33,238 bases of DNA from an uncultured Ruminococcus sp. (GTDB lineage Bacteria > Bacillota > Clostridia > Lachnospirales > Lachnospiraceae): assembly GCA_949290175.1 (NCBI GenBank), contig CASERA010000186.1, positions 1 to 33,238 on the forward strand, written 5' to 3'. The notes beneath the pieces were generated by a model that searched no databases, was not told the origin of the DNA, and saw only the letters and a program-made list of their open reading frames with translations. Below, one piece after another: positions 27,270 to 33,238 of this stretch (the stretch's first letter is position 1; every line of letters starts with the position of its first letter). The position numbers and the translations under genes are program-made.

Positions 27270-28198
27270 AGAAAATTGCAACAAGAGATAGTTACGGTAA
27301 TGCTTTAGCCCAACTTGGAACAGAGCATGAAGATGTTGTTGTACTGGATGCAGACCTTGCAGCAGCAACAAAAACAGGTGTGTTTAAAAAAGCTCATGCA
27401 GACAGATTTATAGACTGCGGTATTGCAGAGTGTAATATGATGGGAGTTGCGGCAGGACTGGCAGCAGCAGGAAAAGTTCCGTTTGCGAGCTCTTTTGCAA
27501 TGTTTGCGGCAGGGCGTGCATTTGAGCAGATTAGAAACTCCATTGGATATCCTCATCTGAATGTTAAAATCGGTGCAACACATGCTGGAATTTCAGTAGG
27601 AGAAGATGGCGCAACTCATCAGTGTAATGAAGATATCGCTCTGATGAGAACAATTCCGGGTATGGTAGTGATTAATCCATCCGATGATGTGGAAGCAAAG
27701 GCAGCAGTACGTGCCGCTTATGAGCATCAGGGTCCTGTATATATGCGTTTCGGGCGTTTGGCAGTTCCGGTTATCAATGATAAGCCGGATTACAAATTTG
27801 AACTTGGAAAAGGTGTTGTATTAAGAGAAGGAAAAGACCTGACAATTATTGCAACAGGACTTCCGGTTTCAAATTGTCTGGAAGCTGCAGAAAAACTGGC
27901 AGCAGATGGAATTGATGCGAAGGTTATCAACATTCATACAATTAAGCCTCTGGATGAAGAACTGGTTGTATCAGCTGCAAAAGAGACAGGAAAAGTCGTT
28001 ACAGTTGAGGAACATTCAGTAATCGGCGGTCTGGGAAGTGCAGTATGTGATGTACTTTCAGAAAAAGCTCCGACACAGGTTATGAAAATTGGTGTGAATG
28101 ATACTTATGGAGAATCAGGACCAGCTGTTGAACTGCTTGCAAAATATGGACTGGATACAGACAGTATCTATGAAAAAATTAAAGCATTTGTAAAATAA
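27257..28198 (+). CDS. tkt: Transketolase, C-terminal subunit
   Basis: DADL, GIAE, RAFEQIR, GEDGATHQ, TIKPLD and EEHSVIGGLGS; overlaps the upstream gene. Confidence 0.94.
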   Translation: MSEVKKIATRDSYGNALAQLGTEHEDVVVLDADLAAATKTGVFKKAHADRFIDCGIAECNMMGVAAGLAAAGKVPFASSFAMFAAGRAFEQIRNSIGYPHLNVKIGATHAGISVGEDGATHQCNEDIALMRTIPGMVVINPSDDVEAKAAVRAAYEHQGPVYMRFGRLAVPVINDKPDYKFELGKGVVLREGKDLTIIATGLPVSNCLEAAEKLAADGIDAKVINIHTIKPLDEELVVSAAKETGKVVTVEEHSVIGGLGSAVCDVLSEKAPTQVMKIGVNDTYGESGPAVELLAKYGLDTDSIYEKIKAFVK

Positions 28199-28205
28199 TA
28201 AAATT

Positions 28206-28254
28206 AATAAATCCCTTTAAACGGCATAAAACTGTTTAAGGGGATTTATTTTTT
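28206..28254 (+). terminator. Intrinsic terminator of the tal-tkt operon
   Basis: 19-bp stem AATAAATCCCTTTAAACGG/CTGTTTAAGGGGATTTATT followed by TTTT. Confidence 0.85.
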
Positions 28255-28388
28255 GATGTTTAGATTTTATTTTGTAAGATTCCCCTATTCCTATCTGTAT
28301 AAATTGGGTTAGAAAAATTCAAAATATTAAAAAACGAGGATAGGAACATAAGAAAAAGAATGGTATAATTAGAAAAAGGAGTGACTGT

Positions 28389-28916
28389 ATGAAATGCTTT
28401 CAGAATAAAATCAAACATTTACAATATAAGTATAGAAAAAAATACCAGAAGACCTTCCAGGAGAGGAAACAGGCCTGGGATAAAGATTTTTATGAATGTA
28501 TTCAGGATCTAGCAAAGCACCCTGTGGTTCTTCGTATGAAGTTATATCCGCATCATGGGAGTACGAACTGTTATCAGCACTGCCTTCATGTGGCATATTA
28601 TAATTATATCTGGTGCAGATTCTTTCAGCTGGATGCAAGGTCAGCCGCAAGAGGAGGAATGCTTCATGATTTGTTTCTGTATGACTGGCATACACATGCG
28701 AAGGAAACAGGGAAACATTTCCACGGCGTGACTCACCCTAAAACGGCACTGAACCACGCAGAAAATTTGTTTCATCTGAATTCTGTGGAAAAAGATGTGA
28801 TTCGATGTCATATGTGGCCGTTGACTTTATTTAGTATTCCTCATACAAAAGAGGGGTGGATTACAACAATCACAGATAAATACTGTGGTGCATGTGAAAC
28901 AGGAAAAAGAAAATAA
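28389..28916 (+). CDS. Small HD-domain phosphohydrolase
   Basis: PHH...HCLHVA...GMLHDLFLYDW...HGVTHP...HMWPL...DK; TGgTATAAT at 28361-28369 and AAGGAG RBS upstream. Confidence 0.85.
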   Translation: MKCFQNKIKHLQYKYRKKYQKTFQERKQAWDKDFYECIQDLAKHPVVLRMKLYPHHGSTNCYQHCLHVAYYNYIWCRFFQLDARSAARGGMLHDLFLYDWHTHAKETGKHFHGVTHPKTALNHAENLFHLNSVEKDVIRCHMWPLTLFSIPHTKEGWITTITDKYCGACETGKRK

Positions 28917-28940
28917 CGAAGCTGGCATACCATTGATTTT

Positions 28941-28947
28941 TGTCGAA
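28941..28947 (+). promoter_or_regulatory. Candidate Spo0A box
   Basis: Perfect TGTCGAA about 40 nt upstream of TGcTATCCT (28987-28995), ahead of the LysM gene. A single 7-mer is weak evidence. Confidence 0.4.
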
Positions 28948-29064
28948 CTTACCTGACAGCAACTGATAAAATCGGCCTTTTTCGTGTGCTATCCTCTTAG
29001 AGAACCGGGAAAAAAGACAAGAAATCCGGGAAAAATAATAATTTCTATCAGGAGGTTGAGTGTC

Positions 29065-30234
29065 ATGGGAAGAGAAATTCCAAAAAATGTTCGTCAGATT
29101 GGGAATGTAAGCGATAGTCCGAAAATTTATGTAGAAGATTATGTGGATACGTTTCTTCTGCAGATGTGCGATAAGGCAAAAGAAGGTCCAATTGGGGCGT
29201 TTCTTGTAGGAGATATACAAAAAAGTGATGATGAAGAGTATGTGTACATATATGGTGCCATTCAGATGCATGAATTGAAACTGGATGGTAATGAGTACAT
29301 AATTGATGATGAAACATGGAAAAATGCATATGAGGATTGTAAACAGTATTTTGAAGACGGAGAGATGCTGGGCTGGTTTGTTGCGCAGCCGGGTATAGCA
29401 TTGAGTGCAGAACGAAATATCGTAAAGCTGCATAAGAAATCATTTCCGAAGCAGAATACTGTTTTTGTTATCAAGGAGGCAGTTGAAAAAGAGGAAGCCT
29501 ATTTTGTGCATAAACTAAATGATTTGCTGGAAATTGGCGGGCACTATACATACTATGAGAAGAATCCGTGTATGCAGAACTATATGATTGCATCAAGAAG
29601 AAAAAATGGGGTGTCTCCCTCGGAAACTGTTGAAGACAGAGCTGCAAAGGACTTTCGAACTATGGTACGCGGCCGGGAGGTCAGGGGACGTCAAAAGAAA
29701 ACCAATCGCCTGATGTATGCTGCAAGTGCTCTTCTTGTTCTTGTAGTCATGGTTATGGGTGTGACGACTTTAAATAATTTCGATAAAATGCGGTCTGTTC
29801 AGAATACTTTGAATCATCTCACGGATTCGATATCTGAAGGAGGAAAATCGGTACAGGCTAAGGCAACAAGTGGTGAAGTGACGGTGGTTCAGGGTGATAC
29901 TGGAGAAATAGCTTCCAATACCGGGACAGTCAATCAGGATACAGGACAGGTGGATTCGGGAGCCGCACAAGAGGATACGGATACCGGTCAGAAGGATGGA
30001 CAAGCTTCCGATACCGGGGAAATTCTGAGCACTGAAACAACGGAAGAGGAACAGGGACAAGGGGATGCCGCACTGGATAATGACGGAATTTATTTAGTTG
30101 AGGAGGGAGATACACTGGCAATTATCAGTCGGAAAGCGTATGGAGATATTTCCCATGTAGAGGCAATTTGTAAAATGAATGGCATTAAGGATGGAAATTT
30201 GATTTATGTAGGACAGAAATTGCTATTACCATAA
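29065..30234 (+). CDS. Membrane protein with N-terminal MPN/JAB-like domain, one TM helix and C-terminal LysM
   Basis: IYVEDYV..GAFLVG..IYGA..MLGWF; TM LMYAASALLVLVVMVMGV; LysM YLVEEGDTLAIIS...N.I...IYVGQKLLLP; ATG 29065 follows GGAGG. Confidence 0.8.
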   Translation: MGREIPKNVRQIGNVSDSPKIYVEDYVDTFLLQMCDKAKEGPIGAFLVGDIQKSDDEEYVYIYGAIQMHELKLDGNEYIIDDETWKNAYEDCKQYFEDGEMLGWFVAQPGIALSAERNIVKLHKKSFPKQNTVFVIKEAVEKEEAYFVHKLNDLLEIGGHYTYYEKNPCMQNYMIASRRKNGVSPSETVEDRAAKDFRTMVRGREVRGRQKKTNRLMYAASALLVLVVMVMGVTTLNNFDKMRSVQNTLNHLTDSISEGGKSVQAKATSGEVTVVQGDTGEIASNTGTVNQDTGQVDSGAAQEDTDTGQKDGQASDTGEILSTETTEEEQGQGDAALDNDGIYLVEEGDTLAIISRKAYGDISHVEAICKMNGIKDGNLIYVGQKLLLP

Positions 30235-30248
30235 AATGATGCTATAAT
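30220..30248 (+). promoter_or_regulatory. SigA promoter for DUF5711-cvpA
   Basis: TTGCTA-N17-TATAAT with TG extension. Confidence 0.7.
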
Positions 30249-30287
30249 CGGATGATAAGACGAAACAAAAGCAATAAGGGGAAGGAT

Positions 30288-31481
30288 ATGAAGCAAAAGA
30301 GAAAAACCCAGCTAAAGCTCGTACCACCGCTGGATTTGCGGGCAGTGAAAAAGAAAATGAGACAGCATCGGCTAAGTGTGGCAGGAAGATGGTTTACGGT
30401 CATTGTTTTGGCAGCAATGATAATAGGCGGAACATATCTTCTGATTAAAAATCAGTCTTATACAGATGTGAATATTGCGGCGTCTTATGAGAGAAGCACT
30501 TCTGACAGCAATAGTTATGCAGTATTTGCAAATGGAATTGTGCGTTACAGCAGGGATGGAGTTGTATTTTTGAATAAAAAGAATGAGGAAATCTGGATTC
30601 AGCCATGCCAGATACAGAATCCAATTATTGATGTGAATAATGAGGCATTTGTTGTTGCAGACAACGGAGGAAATGCCATTTTAGTTTTCACGGAAGAGGG
30701 GCTGAAAGGAGAAATAGAGACAACACTTCCGATAGAGAAAGTAACTGTATCAAATCAGGGAATTGTAAGCGCAGTATTGAAGAATGAGTCAACGCCGCAA
30801 ATTGTTTCTTATGATGCCACAGGAAACATTTTGGTGGAACATCAGGTGAATTTAAATAATACGGGATATCCGGTGGCAATTGATATGTCACAGGATGGAA
30901 CATTGCTGGCAGTTGCGTATCTTTCGACAAAAGACGGAGTATTGAAATCCAGAGTTGCATATTACAACTTTGGGGAGACGGGACAGAAACATACTGATAA
31001 TCAAGTTAGTATGGAAGAGTTTAACAAATCCATCATTCCGGATGTGTTTTTTATGGACGCGTCCACATCCGTAGCGGTTGGAGACGGGGCATTTGCCATT
31101 TATGAAGGGGCTGAAATTCCAAAGCAGAAGAAGGTAGTTCAGCTGAATCAGGAAATTCGCAGTGAATTTCATACAGATAAGTATATCGGATTTATACTGG
31201 TGAATCAGGATAAGTCTGGTTATGAAGTACGGCTTTATGATAAATCCGGAAAGCAAATCATGAACCGTGCAATTACGGGAGAATACAGTCATGTGAAAAT
31301 GGTCGGAGATGAGATTATCATGTTTGATGGTACAAAGGGATGTATTATCAGCAAAGAGGGAGTTCAGAGATTCAGAGGCGATTGGCAGACAGAAGCTCTG
31401 GAAGTAATTCCGACAGCAGGTATCAATAGATATCTCATCGTAAGCTCTGACGGATTAAGGACTGTTTACCTGACAAAGTAG
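30288..31481 (+). CDS. Membrane-anchored beta-propeller-like protein (DUF5711-like)
   Basis: Basic N-terminus, one TM helix and repeated beta-rich blades (YSRDG, VSNQGIV, DMSQDG). ATG 30288 is preferred because 30252 lies too close to the -10 box. Confidence 0.65.
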   Translation: MKQKRKTQLKLVPPLDLRAVKKKMRQHRLSVAGRWFTVIVLAAMIIGGTYLLIKNQSYTDVNIAASYERSTSDSNSYAVFANGIVRYSRDGVVFLNKKNEEIWIQPCQIQNPIIDVNNEAFVVADNGGNAILVFTEEGLKGEIETTLPIEKVTVSNQGIVSAVLKNESTPQIVSYDATGNILVEHQVNLNNTGYPVAIDMSQDGTLLAVAYLSTKDGVLKSRVAYYNFGETGQKHTDNQVSMEEFNKSIIPDVFFMDASTSVAVGDGAFAIYEGAEIPKQKKVVQLNQEIRSEFHTDKYIGFILVNQDKSGYEVRLYDKSGKQIMNRAITGEYSHVKMVGDEIIMFDGTKGCIISKEGVQRFRGDWQTEALEVIPTAGINRYLIVSSDGLRTVYLTK

Positions 31482-31489
31482 GAGAAGAT

Positions 31490-32308
31490 ATGGATAATTG
31501 GTTATTAATTATAGTGGGAGTCATTTTTCTTGTAGGAATTGCAGTAGGATATATCAGAGGATTGCTGAGGATAGGAATTTCTCTTCTTTCCACAATTTTG
31601 ACGATTGTATTGGTTACATTTTTATCTCCTTATGTAGGAGATGCATTGATAAAATGGACCCCCATAGATGAGATGATTGAAGAAAAATGTATTGAAGTGT
31701 TCATGCCGGAGATTTCGGTGGATGCTCTGAAAGGAATGGATTTAAGTGATACACCGCTTGCCAATTTAAATGAAGATCAGCTGGCGGATATTAATAATCT
31801 GGATTGGGACAGGCTTGGAATCAGTGCACAGGAGATTTTAGACGTGATTGGTGACATTCCGAAAGATACTCAAATTAAAGAGATTGAAAACTCCATTCTT
31901 CCGGAATTCTTGAAAAATACACTTCTTGAGAATAATAATAGCGCAATTTATCAGGAGTTGAATGTAAAATCATTTCCTGAGTATGTTGCTTCATATATAT
32001 CCAGAATGGTTGTAAATTTGCTTGCATTTTTGGTTACATTTGTTCTGGTTATGATTCTGGTTAAGGCATTGATGGCAGCGGTAGATTTGCTTGGGGAACT
32101 CCCGGTGCTGGGAACCTTGAATCATCTGGGCGGTGCAGTGGCTGGTGCAGCGGCAGCGCTCCTTATAGTATGGATTGGTTTTCTGATTTTAACAGTCGTG
32201 TATTCTACGGGAGTAGGACAGGCATGTTTTGAAATGATTGATAAAAGCAGTATTCTGACATTCTTGTATGAAAAGGATATCCTTCTCACGAAGCTTTTAG
32301 CTTTTTGA
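31490..32308 (+). CDS. CvpA-family membrane protein with a large acidic loop
   Basis: N-terminal TM plus GYIRGLLR, C-terminal LNHLGGAVAG and KSSIL; about 120-aa soluble insert between the TM pairs. Confidence 0.78.
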   Translation: MDNWLLIIVGVIFLVGIAVGYIRGLLRIGISLLSTILTIVLVTFLSPYVGDALIKWTPIDEMIEEKCIEVFMPEISVDALKGMDLSDTPLANLNEDQLADINNLDWDRLGISAQEILDVIGDIPKDTQIKEIENSILPEFLKNTLLENNNSAIYQELNVKSFPEYVASYISRMVVNLLAFLVTFVLVMILVKALMAAVDLLGELPVLGTLNHLGGAVAGAAAALLIVWIGFLILTVVYSTGVGQACFEMIDKSSILTFLYEKDILLTKLLAF

Positions 32309-32362
32309 TAAAGTATGAGAAATTGGGAAAAACCTAAAGTATGAGAAATTGGGAAAAACCTA
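32309..32362. repeat. Perfect 26-bp tandem duplication
   Basis: TAAAGTATGAGAAATTGGGAAAAACC at 32309-32334 and 32335-32360, followed by TA. Confidence 0.95.
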
Positions 32363-32391
32363 TTGACAAATAATAATTAATATGATATTTT
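32363..32391 (+). promoter_or_regulatory. SigA promoter of the tRNA pair
   Basis: TTGACA-N17-TATTTT with TG extension. Confidence 0.75.
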
Positions 32392-32425
32392 ATAAGAGCT
32401 GTCGGGAAAACCGGACAGCTTAAAT

Positions 32426-32498
32426 GGGGGATTAGCTCAGTTGGGAGAGCGCCTGCCTTGCAAGCAGGAGGTCACGAGTTCGAATCTCGTATTCTCCA
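32426..32498 (+). tRNA. tRNA-Ala(TGC), CCA not encoded
   Basis: Cloverleaf: acceptor GGGGGAT/ATTCTCC with G3-U70, D stem GCTC/GAGC, anticodon arm CCTGC-CTTGCAA-GCAGG, T loop TTCGAAT. Confidence 0.97.
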
Positions 32499-32535
32499 TT
32501 AGTCTGGTAGATTTACCAGGTCAATTTTATAGTAT

Positions 32536-32607
32536 TCCTCGATAGCTCAGTGGTAGAGCATTCGGCTGTTAACCGAAGGGTCGTTGGTTCGAGCCCAACT
32601 CGGGGAG
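32536..32607 (+). tRNA. tRNA-Asn(GTT), CCA not encoded
   Basis: Acceptor TCCTCGA/TCGGGGA, anticodon arm TTCGG-CTGTTAA-CCGAA, T arm GTTGG-TTCGAGC-CCAAC, discriminator G. Confidence 0.97.
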
Positions 32608-32613
32608 TTTAGG

Positions 32614-32651
32614 AAACCCGTAAATCATGTATTTGCGGGTTTTTGCTTTTT
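32614..32651 (+). terminator. Terminator after tRNA-Asn
   Basis: AAACCCGTAAAT/ATTTGCGGGTTT stem followed by TTGCTTTTT. Confidence 0.8.
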
Positions 32652-32765
32652 GATAATTGCTCCTAAAGAGGCAGGATAAACCGCTTGTTAAAAAAGCAAA
32701 TGGATGAGTGTTAGCCGAATAATTGAACCGGAATTGCGTTGCTGGATGGGTTCCGGTTGTGTTGC

Positions 32766-32801
32766 CCGATGGTAAATTTTATTTTTACTGTCGGCTTTTT
32801 T
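32766..32801 (+). terminator. Terminator/attenuator-like hairpin upstream of the Rep-like fragment
   Basis: CCGATGGTAAA/TTTACTGTCGG stem followed by CTTTTTT. Confidence 0.6.
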
Positions 32802-32834
32802 AATTTTATGTTGAAGAGAAGGGAGGGAGACTAC

Positions 32835-33092
32835 ATGACTGTATTCAGGGTAGAGAAGACAGAGAATTTCACGGTTATGAGTAATCATCATCTGCGCAAT
32901 AAGGAATTATCGCTGAAAGCAAAAGTGCTTTTATCTTTGATGCTGTCATTACCGGAGGACTGGGATTATACTGCAATGCGGTTAATGCAGATCTTTGAGA
33001 CTGCACCGGAGACTGTCAGTAAGATCGCTGGAGAATCAGAAAGTCAGATGCCCGGAAGAAACAGGCGTAAGAGAGATGTTTCAGTTGGCTAG
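32835..33092 (+). pseudogene. Truncated mobile-element HTH/replication initiator-like gene
   Basis: MTVFRVEKTENFTVMSNHHLRNKELSLKAKVLLSLMLSLPEDWDYT resembles the N-terminus of Firmicutes ICE/phage HTH replication proteins, but similarity appears to stop after about 46 aa; GGGAGG RBS. Confidence 0.65.
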
Positions 33093-33238
33093 ACGAATGA
33101 AATAATTGAGAAAAATATTTTGAATTATATATTTGGCAATGTTGATACGATATAATAGAACAGGAGCAGTACCTCTGATAAGGTATATTGCTCCTGTACT
33201 TAGAACTGTTTTAAAATATCATGGTGACCTACATCCAA

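Noticed and set aside
28389-28916. HD protein as Cas3-HD or a defence nuclease
   Set aside because: A stand-alone small HD protein among core genes, with no helicase, cas or toxin-antitoxin neighbours.
480-31292. Many antisense or alternate-frame ORFs in the track (e.g. 6745-7323, 10290-10880, 18084-18782, 19811-20407, 21925-22725, 28870-29433)
   Set aside because: They overlap well-supported genes, show no recognisable motifs, and have the composition expected of shadow ORFs.
32309-32362. 26-bp repeat as a CRISPR array
   Set aside because: Only two adjacent copies, no spacer and no cas genes.

Overview
Core-chromosome window of a low-GC, spore-forming Clostridia bacterium. Gene content and order suggest Lachnospiraceae (inference). 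Left part: yhaN-like fragment, cca, cotS-like, pgm, then the conserved hup-yabO-yabP-yabQ-divIC-spoIIE-tilS-hpt-ftsH block and a GH13 amylase-family gene. Middle: a three-gene unit (pyridoxal kinase, ECF-type S component, small radical SAM enzyme) with an operator-like repeat upstream, followed by a minus-strand run of DUF1015, SEC-C-fused map, LysR and aldo-keto reductase. Right part: pfkA-dnaX-ybaB-recR, a LacI regulator with a tal-tktN-tktC operon, an HD protein, an MPN-like/LysM membrane protein, DUF5711, cvpA, tRNA-Ala and tRNA-Asn, and the decayed edge of a mobile element after the tRNAs. The best candidate for an undescribed system is the B6 salvage-type unit with a radical SAM enzyme of unknown function (about 13990-16216). 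Other points of note are a SpoIIE with no membrane domain, a probably leaderless tilS, all-AT palindromic repeats before tal, and several structured RNA elements. No CRISPR array, intact transposase or rRNA was seen. All family assignments come from motif recognition, not database searches.
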